Part shown: positions 17,582-26,778 of the stretch, piece by piece
Position numbering within the stretch: the stretch's first letter is position 1
Layout of the letters: each line of letters opens with the position of its first letter
DNA from: Agaricicola taiwanensis
GTDB taxonomy: Bacteria; Pseudomonadota; Alphaproteobacteria; Rhizobiales; Methylopilaceae
Direction of reading: 5' to 3'
Length of the DNA stretch: 47,748 bases
Assembly: GCA_040394255.1 (NCBI GenBank)
Contig: JBEBSP010000001.1
Location: 1-47,748 of the forward strand
Program-made: the position numbers and the translations under genes
Notes under the pieces: model-generated
The model's database searches: none
What the model saw: only the letters and a program-made list of their open reading frames with translations
What the model was told of the DNA's origin: nothing

Positions 17582-18340
17582 ATGACCGAGACGATGCCGC
17601 GACAAAGACTGGACCGCGCCCTGATGGCCCGAAGGCTGTTCGAGAGCCGCTCGCAGGCACAGGCCGCGATCGCGGCGGGGCTCGTGCGTGTCGATGGCGA
17701 GCCCGTCACCAATCCGGCGCGCGCCGTCAGACCGGACAGCACCATCGAGGCATCGCCGGCTCACCCCTGGGTATCGCGCGGGGGTGTCAAACTGGCTGCG
17801 GCCCTTGACAGCTTCGCCATCGATCCGACGGGGTGGACCTGTCTCGACATCGGCGCCTCGACCGGCGGTTTCACCGATGTCCTGCTGACGCGCGGCGCGC
17901 GGCACGTCCACGCTGTCGATGTGGGCCGCGACCAGTTTCACCCGCGGTTGCGCGGCGACCCTCGCGTCTCGCTCCGCGAAGGGTTCGACGCTCGCAGGAT
18001 CAGCGGCGCTGATTTTGACAGCCCTCCTTCCCTGATCGTCGTGGACGTGAGCTTCATTTCACTGGCCAAGGCATTACCCGCGGCGCTTGACGCGGCCGCC
18101 ACCGATGCTGTTCTAGTCGCGCTCGTCAAACCGCAGTTCGAGGTTGGTCCGAAAGGCGTGGAACGGGGCGGCATCGTCCGTGATCCGGTCCTGCGCGCAT
18201 CCGCCGTGGCGGATGTCATCACCTGGCTGTCCGGAATGGGATGGACAATGCGCGGCACCATCGTCTCGCCGATTGCCGGCGGAGATGGCAACGAGGAGTT
18301 TCTGATTGCCGCCGATCGCGCCCGATCACCTGACGATTGA
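17582..18340 (+). CDS. tlyA: TlyA family rRNA 2'-O-methyltransferase
   Basis: S4 domain (RLDRAL), VSRGGVKL, DIGASTGGFTD, DVSFISL and LVKPQFE motifs. Confidence 0.95.
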   Translation: MTETMPRQRLDRALMARRLFESRSQAQAAIAAGLVRVDGEPVTNPARAVRPDSTIEASPAHPWVSRGGVKLAAALDSFAIDPTGWTCLDIGASTGGFTDVLLTRGARHVHAVDVGRDQFHPRLRGDPRVSLREGFDARRISGADFDSPPSLIVVDVSFISLAKALPAALDAAATDAVLVALVKPQFEVGPKGVERGGIVRDPVLRASAVADVITWLSGMGWTMRGTIVSPIAGGDGNEEFLIAADRARSPDD

Positions 18341-19562
18341 CACGCTGGGAAGCCGTGGCGAGGGCCTTGCCCACTCGCCGTCCGGAACAGTGAGCATCCC
18401 CTATGCCCTTCCGGGAGAGCGCGTCGAGGTCGCTGCCGATTACGCGGCACGGCGTGGCCGGCTGCTGCGGATTCTGTCTCCCTCACCCGACCGCGCGGAA
18501 CCGATCTGCCCGGTGTTCGGATCATGCGGGGGCTGCGCAACGCAGCACATCGCCGAGCAGACCTATCTTGAATGGAAGCGCGGTCTGGTCAGCAGCGCCC
18601 TGATCGCCGCCGGCATCACCGCCGATGTCGATCCCTGCATCGACGCCCATGGCGCCGGCAGGCGGCGCATCACCCTGCATGCGCGCCGGGGAACGGGCCG
18701 GAACCTGATCGTGGGCTTTTCCGAAGCCCGCAGCCACGCGCTCATCCCCATCCAGGCCTGCCCCGTCACCGTGCCGGGGCTGGACGCGGCCTTCGGTGTC
18801 GCCAGGGCGGTGGCCGATGTTCTCGCTTCCAGCGCCAAGCCGCTCGACCTCGCGGCGACGGCGACATTGGGAGGGATCGACGTCGATGTCCGTGGCCATG
18901 GCCCAGTGGGTGACCGCCAAAGACTGACCCTGATCGATCTTGCGACCCGGCATGACCTCGCACGCCTGTCGGTCCACGGCGATATCCTGGTGGAGCGCCG
19001 CCCTCCGCAGGTGACGATGGGGCGCGCTCTGGTGACGCCCCCGGCCGGAGGGTTCCTCCAAGCCACGACAGCGGGCGAGGACAGCCTCTTCAGGCTGATC
19101 TCCGAAGCGCTCGGGAAAGCCCGCCGTGTTGCCGACCTGTTCGCCGGCTGCGGCACGTTCACGTTCCGGCTGGCCGAACAGGCGACAGTGCATGCCGTCG
19201 AGACCGACAGGAGCGCCGTCGATGCCCTGGAGCGCGCGCGGCGGCACACCCAGGGGCTCAAAGCCATCACCAGCGAGGTCAGGGACCTGTTCCGACGACC
19301 ACTCCACAAGGCGGAGCTGTCAAACTATGACGCGGTGGTCTTTGACCCGCCCCGAGCTGGCGCGGAAGCGCAGGCCCGGCAGTTGGCAACGTCAGGCGTA
19401 CCGCTGGTCATCGCCGTCTCGTGCTCGCCTTCCAGCCTGGGGCGCGACCTGCGCATCCTGATCGACGGCGGATATCGCCTGACACGCATCACCCCGGTCG
19501 ATCAGTTTCGTTACAGTGCGCACGTGGAAACCGTCGCTGTTTTAACCACGGGGCGCAAATAA
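18306..19562 (+). CDS. RlmD/TrmA family RNA m5U methyltransferase
   Basis: CPVFGSCGGC Fe-S motif, FLQ, DLFAGCGTF, DPPRAG, VSC and DQFRYSAHVE. GAGGAG lies 7 nt before TTG 18306. Confidence 0.9.
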   Translation: MPPIAPDHLTIDTLGSRGEGLAHSPSGTVSIPYALPGERVEVAADYAARRGRLLRILSPSPDRAEPICPVFGSCGGCATQHIAEQTYLEWKRGLVSSALIAAGITADVDPCIDAHGAGRRRITLHARRGTGRNLIVGFSEARSHALIPIQACPVTVPGLDAAFGVARAVADVLASSAKPLDLAATATLGGIDVDVRGHGPVGDRQRLTLIDLATRHDLARLSVHGDILVERRPPQVTMGRALVTPPAGGFLQATTAGEDSLFRLISEALGKARRVADLFAGCGTFTFRLAEQATVHAVETDRSAVDALERARRHTQGLKAITSEVRDLFRRPLHKAELSNYDAVVFDPPRAGAEAQARQLATSGVPLVIAVSCSPSSLGRDLRILIDGGYRLTRITPVDQFRYSAHVETVAVLTTGRK

Positions 19563-19639
19563 TTGCCGCGTTAAACAATTCTCCACGTCGATAGTACAGT
19601 ATCCATCTCAAATCTCGTCATTGGGGGCAATGCAGATTC

Positions 19640-22027
19640 GTGCTTTCGTCGCATATCGCAGTTTCGCTCAGTTTATTTGAATCGCTTGCCGTTTTGGCGC
19701 TCATCGGCTTCATCACGTCTCTGACGGCGATGGGCTTGTCGGAGCGCGGCGGCTGGCGTGGACAACGGCAGTGGACGGCGAACATCGCCGCGGCCACGGT
19801 GCTGGGCTGCGGCCTGTGGAGCATGCATCTCATCCATGCCACGGCGACCAGCAGGCTCATCGCCGGCGGCGCGGACAGTTCCACAACCACCAGTTCACTG
19901 ATCGTCATGATGCTCATGGCTTTCGGAGCATTGCAGATCATCATGCACGCCCGTGGCACAGCCATGAGGATGATCGGGGGCGGGGCTCTCGGGCTCGGGC
20001 TCGCCCTGGGACATTACCTGTTGCAGAGCGCAACGGTGGTTCCAGTGGGCTTTGTCATCAGCGAGGCTTCCGCCGCCGCCGTCTTTGCGGGCGCATCCCT
20101 GTGCGGCGCGGGTGCGGCGTTGCTCTCGACGTCCGACAACCGATTGGCGATGGCGGCAGGCCGGGTTACCCTGGCCTTCGCCCTGATGTTCGTTGCATCC
20201 GGCGAAATGCTCAGCATTCAGCCGATGTTCGGCTGGGCGACCTATCCCGCTGAGGCGGTAACCGGCTTGCCGGTGGGCGTATTCCTGGCCTGCGGCGTCA
20301 TCGCCTTCTTCGGCTTTCTGCTCCTGCGCCTGGACCGCCGCCGCCAAGGCGCGCTGGCGGAAATGAGCCGCATGCGGGCTCTCGCCGATGTGGCGTTCGA
20401 GGGCATCGTCGTCTGCAAGGGCGGGCTGGTCGTGCATGCCAACGCCAGTTTCGCCGCCCTTATCGGACGCGAGCACGACAATCTCGCCGGCTTGCCGTTT
20501 GATGATCTGATCGCTCCGGGAGCCTGCCGCGATGGCTTGCATGCACCGGGCATGACCCGTATCGAAACCGAGATGCTGGGTTTGAGCGGATCGGTTCAGG
20601 CCGTTGAAATCTTTGCGCGCGACGTCACCCTGAGGGATCAGGAGCACCGTGTTCTCGCCGTGCGGGATATCCGCGATCGCAAGTTGGCCGAGGCCCGCAT
20701 CCAGTTTCTGGCCCATCATGACCCGATCACGGGTCTTCCCAACCGCACGCAATTCCTTGACCGCCTCGATCAGGAGATCAACCGGGCCGGACGCGCTAAC
20801 GGCCAGTTCGCCGTGATCTGCATCGACCTGGACCGTTTCAAGGAAGTGAACGACAGTTTCGGCCATGCCGCCGGCGACCAGCTGCTGCGGCTCGCGGCGG
20901 AGCGGATGAAACGCGTGTTCCGCACCTATGATGTGGTCGGCCGCATGGGCGGCGATGAATTCGCGATCATGGAATGCGCCTGCCAGCAGCCCGACGCGGC
21001 CATCACCGCCGCGCAGAGACTGGTCACTGCGTTCAACGAGCCCTTCGATCTCGATGGCCTGAAGATCACCATCGGCGCCAGCGCGGGCATATCGATCTAT
21101 CCTTCGGATGCGCGGGACGCCGAGGGGCTCCTGACGCGCGCGGATCTGGCGCTCTATCGCTCCAAGGCCGAGGGCCGCGGCACGTTCCGGCTGTTCGAAA
21201 GCGGCATGGACGCACAGCTGCGGGAACGGCGGATGCTGGCCAACGACCTGCGCAACGCCGTGATGAACGACGACATCATCCTCCATTACCAGCCGATCGC
21301 GTGCCTCGAAGATGGCCGGGTGACAGGCTTCGAGGCCATGGCGCGCTGGCGCCATCATTCGCGCGGCTGGATCAATCCGCGCACCTTCATGCCGCTTGCC
21401 GAAGAAATCGGCCTGATGCCCGAACTCGGCCGCCGCGTTCTGCGCCGCGCTTGCGCGGAGGCGGCCACATGGCCAAGGCCTCTCAAGATCGCCGTTAATC
21501 TTGCGACGACCCAGCTCCACAGTGAACTCGTGCCGCTGGTGATGGACACGCTCGCCGACACGGGACTCACGCCCGAGAGACTCGAGCTGGAGGTCACCGA
21601 GCAGGCGCTCCGGCACCGCCAGGACAACGGCTTTGCCACCCTGCGCGCGCTGAAAAGCATAGGCGTGCGCATCACCGTGGATCATTTCGGTTCGGGATCA
21701 TCCTCGCTGTCGGCGCTGAGGGCCTGCCCGATCGACCGTTTCAAGATCGATGAGAGCTTCATTGCCGACATGACGGAAGACGTCGACACCGCAGCCCTGG
21801 TGCAGGCGATCGTGGGTATCGGCCGGGCACTCGGCATCGCCATTTCAGCCTCGGGCTGCGACAGCCACGAGCAGATCGAGCTGCTCCGGTCGAAAGGTTG
21901 CGCGGAGGCGCAGGGAACGGTGTTCGGCGCGGCCATGCCCGCCAGCGCCTATGCCCATGTCACCGGTATCTACCAGCAGAGCGAATCCGGGCAACCCGTT
22001 GTCCCGCTTCGCGCTGCGGCGAGTTGA
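19640..22027 (+). CDS. MHYT-like/PAS/GGDEF/degenerate-EAL c-di-GMP protein
   Basis: GLWSMH membrane motif, PAS-like region, RTYD I-site and GGDEF. EAL motifs altered (EAM, DHFGSG, ASGCD). Confidence 0.88.
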   Translation: MLSSHIAVSLSLFESLAVLALIGFITSLTAMGLSERGGWRGQRQWTANIAAATVLGCGLWSMHLIHATATSRLIAGGADSSTTTSSLIVMMLMAFGALQIIMHARGTAMRMIGGGALGLGLALGHYLLQSATVVPVGFVISEASAAAVFAGASLCGAGAALLSTSDNRLAMAAGRVTLAFALMFVASGEMLSIQPMFGWATYPAEAVTGLPVGVFLACGVIAFFGFLLLRLDRRRQGALAEMSRMRALADVAFEGIVVCKGGLVVHANASFAALIGREHDNLAGLPFDDLIAPGACRDGLHAPGMTRIETEMLGLSGSVQAVEIFARDVTLRDQEHRVLAVRDIRDRKLAEARIQFLAHHDPITGLPNRTQFLDRLDQEINRAGRANGQFAVICIDLDRFKEVNDSFGHAAGDQLLRLAAERMKRVFRTYDVVGRMGGDEFAIMECACQQPDAAITAAQRLVTAFNEPFDLDGLKITIGASAGISIYPSDARDAEGLLTRADLALYRSKAEGRGTFRLFESGMDAQLRERRMLANDLRNAVMNDDIILHYQPIACLEDGRVTGFEAMARWRHHSRGWINPRTFMPLAEEIGLMPELGRRVLRRACAEAATWPRPLKIAVNLATTQLHSELVPLVMDTLADTGLTPERLELEVTEQALRHRQDNGFATLRALKSIGVRITVDHFGSGSSSLSALRACPIDRFKIDESFIADMTEDVDTAALVQAIVGIGRALGIAISASGCDSHEQIELLRSKGCAEAQGTVFGAAMPASAYAHVTGIYQQSESGQPVVPLRAAAS

Positions 22028-22040
22028 TGGCCGCCTTTCG

Positions 22041-22616
22041 TCATATCCAGCGGTAGGCGTTGTCCTCGAACACCAAAATCCGGCCCTGGAAGATGTTCAT
22101 GCGCGCGGCTATGGCGGTATCGACCCCTGCCCGGACGGCCAGCAACACACGGGCAACGCCGCCGTGTGAGACCACCACGGCCGGCTCCGGCAGTTCGCCG
22201 AAGAGTGGATTGACCCGTTCGGCGAGCATGGCGTAGCTCTCGCCCCCCGGTGGCACGAAGGACCATTTGTCCTGCTCGCGCTCCTGCGCCGCGCGGGGTG
22301 AGCGCAGCTTGACCTCGGGCCAGGTCATTCCTTCCCAATCGCCGAAGGTGAGCTCCATGAGCCTTGGGTCTGTGCGATAGGCATCAGGATCAAGGCCCAT
22401 GGCCCGGCGCATGCGCTCCATGGTTTCACGGGTGCGGGACAGCGGGCTTGCATGGAACGCCGCCGCTGATCCATCCCCGATCAGCCGGTGGAGGGTACGC
22501 CCAACCGCCTCGGCCTGATCTCGACCGCGACCGTTCAGGGAAATATCCTTCTGTCCCTGAAGCCGTCCTTCGACGTTCCAGTCGGTTTCGCCATGGCGCA
22601 CGAAATAAAGCGCCAT
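22041..22616 (-). CDS. histidine phosphatase (phosphoglycerate mutase family)
   Basis: RHGETDWN, SPLSRT, FGDWEG and VSHGG motifs. Confidence 0.93.
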   Translation of the reverse strand: MALYFVRHGETDWNVEGRLQGQKDISLNGRGRDQAEAVGRTLHRLIGDGSAAAFHASPLSRTRETMERMRRAMGLDPDAYRTDPRLMELTFGDWEGMTWPEVKLRSPRAAQEREQDKWSFVPPGGESYAMLAERVNPLFGELPEPAVVVSHGGVARVLLAVRAGVDTAIAARMNIFQGRILVFEDNAYRWI

Positions 22617-22622
22617 CAGGGG

Positions 22623-23447
22623 TCAGTCGTTCTTGGCTGCGAGGCTCATGTCGGGAGCTTCGGGGTTCTTCATGCCGACGACATGGTAGCCGGAATCCAC
22701 ATGATGGATTTCACCGGTCACGCCGCGCCCGAGATCGGACAGAAGATAGAGCGCGCTGTCGCCCACCTCCTCGATGGTGACCGTGCGGCGCAGCGGCGCG
22801 TTGAGTTCGTTCCATTTGAGGATGTAGCGGAAATCGCCGATGCCGGAGGCCGCCAGGGTCTTGATGGGACCTGCCGAGACCGCGTTGACGCGGATGCCCT
22901 GCGGGCCGAGGTCGGCGGCCAGATAGCGCACGCTGGCTTCGAGGGCGGCCTTGGCGACGCCCATGACGTTGTAGTGCGGCATCCATTTTTCCGCGCCGTA
23001 ATAGGTCAGCGTCAGGATCGAGCCGCCGCCGCTCATCAGCTTCTCGGCGCGCTGGGCGACAGCCGTCAGCGAATAGCAGGAGATGAACAGCGTCTTGTTG
23101 AAATTGTCGGCGGAAGTGTCGACGTAGCGGCCGTCGAGTTCGTCCTTGTCGGAGAAGGCGATCGCATGGACCAGGAAGTCGATACGGCCCCATTCCTTTT
23201 CGATGGTGGCGAAAACCGCATCGAGCGAAGCAGCGTCGGTCACATCGCAATGCCCGGCGACGAGAGCGCCAAGCTCGGCGGCCAGAGGCTCGACCCGCTT
23301 CTTGAGGGCGTCTCCCTGGTACGTCAAAGCGATTTCAGCGCCCTGGGCGGCGCAAGCCTTCGCGATCCCATAGGCGATTGACCGGCTGTTCGCGACGCCC
23401 ATCACCAGGCCGCGCTTGCCGGCCATCAATCCCTTTGCCTCGGTCAT
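22623..23447 (-). CDS. fabI: enoyl-ACP reductase FabI
   Basis: MGVANSRSIAYGIA, YNVMGVAKAALE and AGPIKTLAASGI motifs; GAGGAG RBS. Confidence 0.97.
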   Translation of the reverse strand: MTEAKGLMAGKRGLVMGVANSRSIAYGIAKACAAQGAEIALTYQGDALKKRVEPLAAELGALVAGHCDVTDAASLDAVFATIEKEWGRIDFLVHAIAFSDKDELDGRYVDTSADNFNKTLFISCYSLTAVAQRAEKLMSGGGSILTLTYYGAEKWMPHYNVMGVAKAALEASVRYLAADLGPQGIRVNAVSAGPIKTLAASGIGDFRYILKWNELNAPLRRTVTIEEVGDSALYLLSDLGRGVTGEIHHVDSGYHVVGMKNPEAPDMSLAAKND

Positions 23448-23601
23448 GGGGTACTCCTCGCCCTGCCACGCATACATAAGAATGTTTCTCATGACACAAG
23501 GGCATGGGACGCTTCAAGCGCCGGGTATCATCGGTTGTGGTTCTGGCGGCATTTTCAACTTGCTAACCTTACCATGCCGCTCCGCAACCAACGTTGCGGA
23601 A

Positions 23602-24573
23602 TCACCCGCGTTCACCCGGATCATAGGGCGCGCCCTCGCGCATGCGCTTGGCCAGGGCGTCGAGTTCGGCGTCATGACGATCGGACAGGACGATGCGCGG
23701 CGTGACCAGGAGATCGCCGGACTGGCCATCACGGCTGATGCCCCTGCCCTTGAGTCGCAGCGTGCGCGCGCCTGTCGAGCGGGCGGGAATCTTCAGTTCG
23801 ACCGCGCCGTCCAGCGTCTGCACGGTCACCTTGCCGCCAAGAACGGCGTCATAGAGCGTGACGGGCACATCCACGCGCACGTTGAGCCCCTCCGCCCGAA
23901 AGCGGGGATCGGATGCGACCCTGACCGCCACCAGCGCATCGCCGGGGGGGCCGCCAAAGGGGTTCGCACCGCCCTGCCCCTTGAGACGGATGGTCTTTCC
24001 CTCGGAGATACCGGCGGGAATGGCGACATCCACGGTCTTGCCGTTGGGCAGCGTCACGCGCGCCTTGCCGCCGCGCGCCCAGACGTGAAACGGGACTGTT
24101 GTCTCCAAGGTGACATCGGCCTTGCGGGCCGTTGCGCCGTCATGGGCAAAGCCACCCGGCCGCGCGGCCCCGGCCCCGCCGAACAGGTCGGAGATGATGT
24201 CCTCGGGGTTGATCCCGGCGCTGGTCCGCGCCCGGCCGCGCGGCCCGCCCGCGCCGAAGCCGAAGGCCTCGAAGATGCTGTCGGAGCCACCGGCCGCGCC
24301 GCGCCGCCCGCCGCCGCCCTGGCCGAACCCCTCGAAACCCCGGAATTTGGGCTTGCCCTCGGCGTCGATCTCGCCGCGATCATAGGCTGCCCGCTTGTCG
24401 GCGTCGTTGAGGAAGTCATAGGCGGCCGTGAGCTCCGAGAAACGCTCCTTCGCCCTGGGATCGTCGGGGTTGCGGTCCGGATGAAGGGTTTTCGCCAGCT
24501 TGCGGTAAGCCTTCTTGATCTCGGCCTCGCTTGCCGAGCGATCAATCGCCAGAACGTTGTAAGGGTCGCGCAT
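23602..24573 (-). CDS. class B DnaJ/CbpA-like co-chaperone
   Basis: J domain with HPD, G/F-rich linker and DnaJ C-terminal domain; no zinc finger. Confidence 0.93.
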   Translation of the reverse strand: MRDPYNVLAIDRSASEAEIKKAYRKLAKTLHPDRNPDDPRAKERFSELTAAYDFLNDADKRAAYDRGEIDAEGKPKFRGFEGFGQGGGGRRGAAGGSDSIFEAFGFGAGGPRGRARTSAGINPEDIISDLFGGAGAARPGGFAHDGATARKADVTLETTVPFHVWARGGKARVTLPNGKTVDVAIPAGISEGKTIRLKGQGGANPFGGPPGDALVAVRVASDPRFRAEGLNVRVDVPVTLYDAVLGGKVTVQTLDGAVELKIPARSTGARTLRLKGRGISRDGQSGDLLVTPRIVLSDRHDAELDALAKRMREGAPYDPGERG

Positions 24574-24689
24574 CAGACCAAGCACCTTTTCACGCTGCCG
24601 CCCATGGCGCGCAGGCAGGTCTCATGTGGGGTAAATATGCTGGCGATGCAACGGGTTCTTTTGCGCGTCCGCCGCATCGGCGGGCCACG

Positions 24690-25274
24690 TCATAGCGTCG
24701 CCGTGGCCGGGCCGGGCCTTGCCTCCGCGACGTCCCACTGGCCGGCGGGCGTCTGGCATGCACGGCCCTCGACGGTCGCTTCGGGCGTCTGCTGGGCGGC
24801 CCTCGTGGCGATGAAGCGGCGGCAGGACATGCCGTCGCGCGCCTCCACGGGCGAGGCCGGACGGAAGCTGCCGCGCGATCCAGTTTCCGGATTGGCCCAC
24901 AGCACGGGCGGACCATCCTCCGCGCCGGTCAAGGCAAGGCCCAAAGCACCACGGGCATAGAGCCAGTCGGACGGCGACAGCCCGATCGAAGCCGCACCCG
25001 GCATCATCACGCCACCGCTGGTCTGTTCCGGAGCCAGGGCGACGGGCGCGAGACCCGGCGGCGACAGCGGCGCGCTGTCGACCTGGCCGACGGGCGCCGC
25101 CTGTGGCGGCTGGATGCTGGCTGTGGTGGCCGGCTCGTCCTTCTTGTCATCGCCGAAGAGCTTGAAGCTCATGCTGCAACCGCCCAGCACGAACCCCACC
25201 GCGACGACAAGGCCGATCCGTGCCGCTGCCACCGCGAAGCAACGATGTGTATAAGGGATCGTACCCACCGCCAA
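24690..25274 (-). CDS. RT0821/Lpp0805-like surface lipoprotein
   Basis: Lipobox-like LGGC; [10 protein letters not shown]...CRRF...GRAC...GQW domain. Start is uncertain. Confidence 0.75.
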   Translation of the reverse strand: MAVGTIPYTHRCFAVAAARIGLVVAVGFVLGGCSMSFKLFGDDKKDEPATTASIQPPQAAPVGQVDSAPLSPPGLAPVALAPEQTSGGVMMPGAASIGLSPSDWLYARGALGLALTGAEDGPPVLWANPETGSRGSFRPASPVEARDGMSCRRFIATRAAQQTPEATVEGRACQTPAGQWDVAEARPGPATATL

Positions 25275-25288
25275 ATCGGTTCCCGCCT

Positions 25289-25930
25289 ATGACCAAACCC
25301 CCACCTAGTGGACATGAAGATCGGTTAACGTCCAGTGACTTTACGCTGGCGGAAGAGCCTTTCGCGCTTTTCTCCAGCTGGATGGAGGACGCCGCCCGAT
25401 CCGAGATCAACGACCCCAACGCCATGACGCTGGCCACCGTCGACGCCGACGGCATGCCGGACGCGCGCATCGTGCTGCTCAAGGGCTTCGACCACGACGG
25501 CTTCGTATTCTACACCAACATCGAAAGCGCCAAGGGCCGGGAGCTGGCCGAGGTCCCGAAGGCCGCACTGGTTTTCCACTGGAAATCGCTGACCCGGCAG
25601 GTGCGCGTGCGGGGAACCGTCAGCCGCGTCACGGATGCCGAGGCCGACGCCTATTACGCCAGCCGGCCGCGCGGCAGCCGGCTCAGTGCCTGGGCCTCGC
25701 AACAGTCACGGCCGCTTGCCAGCCGCGAGACCTTCATCGCGGACCTGGAGGAGGTCGAGCGGCGCTACGGCGAGGGAGAGATTCCACGTCCGCCGCACTG
25801 GACGGGCTTCCGAATCGTCCCCATGTCCATCGAGTTCTGGCATGATCGGCCCTTCCGCCGCCATGATCGGCTGGTCTTTCGCCGCGATACGGCGGAAAAC
25901 GCCTGGACCACAACCCGGCTCTATCCCTGA
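25289..25930 (+). CDS. pdxH: pyridoxamine 5'-phosphate oxidase
   Basis: ARIVLLK, FYTN, RQVRVRG, WASQQS, EFW..R..R.HDR and RLYP motifs. Confidence 0.97.
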   Translation: MTKPPPSGHEDRLTSSDFTLAEEPFALFSSWMEDAARSEINDPNAMTLATVDADGMPDARIVLLKGFDHDGFVFYTNIESAKGRELAEVPKAALVFHWKSLTRQVRVRGTVSRVTDAEADAYYASRPRGSRLSAWASQQSRPLASRETFIADLEEVERRYGEGEIPRPPHWTGFRIVPMSIEFWHDRPFRRHDRLVFRRDTAENAWTTTRLYP

Positions 25931-25940
25931 GGCGTTTCCA

Positions 25941-26675
25941 ATGTCCGACCGCAAGACACTGCTCCTGACCGGCGCGAGCCGGGGCATCGGCCACGCCACC
26001 GTGAAGCGGTTCTCGGCGGCGGGCTGGCGCGTCATCACCTGCTCGCGCCATGCCTTCCCGGAGGAATGCCCCTGGGCCATGGGGCCGGAGGATCACATCC
26101 AGGTCGACCTGGCCGATCCCGCCAACACTCTGGAGGCCATCGAGGAGACCCGGCGGCGGCTCGAGGGCGGACTGTTGCACGCGCTGGTCAACAACGCCGG
26201 GATTTCGCCCAAGGGGGCCGGCGGCAGCCGCCTCGGCACGCTGGAGACCGACCTGGACGACTGGAAGACCGTGCTCCAGGTCAATTTCTTCGCCCCGATC
26301 ATGCTGGCGCGGGGGCTGCTCAAGGAGCTGGAAGCCACGCGCGGGTCCGTGGTCAACGTGACGTCGATCGCGGGCAGCCGCGTGCATCCTTTCGCGGGCG
26401 CGGCCTATGCCACGTCGAAGGCGGCGCTGTTCGCCCTGACGCGCGAGATGGCGGCGGATTTCGGCCCCCTGGGCGTGCGCGTCAACGCCATCGCACCCGG
26501 CGAGATCGACACCGCCATCCTGTCGCCCGGCACCGAGAAGATCGTGGAGCAGATCCCCATGCGCCGTCTCGGCACCACCGACGAGGTCGCCAAGACGATC
26601 TATTTCCTGTGCACCGAGCAGTCATCCTATCTCAACGGCGCGGAAATCCACATCAACGGCGGGCAGCATGTGTGA
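25941..26675 (+). CDS. SDR family oxidoreductase
   Basis: TGASRGIG, NNAG and YATSK motifs. Confidence 0.93.
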   Translation: MSDRKTLLLTGASRGIGHATVKRFSAAGWRVITCSRHAFPEECPWAMGPEDHIQVDLADPANTLEAIEETRRRLEGGLLHALVNNAGISPKGAGGSRLGTLETDLDDWKTVLQVNFFAPIMLARGLLKELEATRGSVVNVTSIAGSRVHPFAGAAYATSKAALFALTREMAADFGPLGVRVNAIAPGEIDTAILSPGTEKIVEQIPMRRLGTTDEVAKTIYFLCTEQSSYLNGAEIHINGGQHV

Positions 26676-26778
26676 ACCCAACCGCGCAATCCGAGGGAAA
26701 ATCGGGCAGCGTTCCATCTAACGTTTACTTTATGGAGCCTACACTCATCGCGAGCGCTAACGGGGGTTAGAAGCAAGC

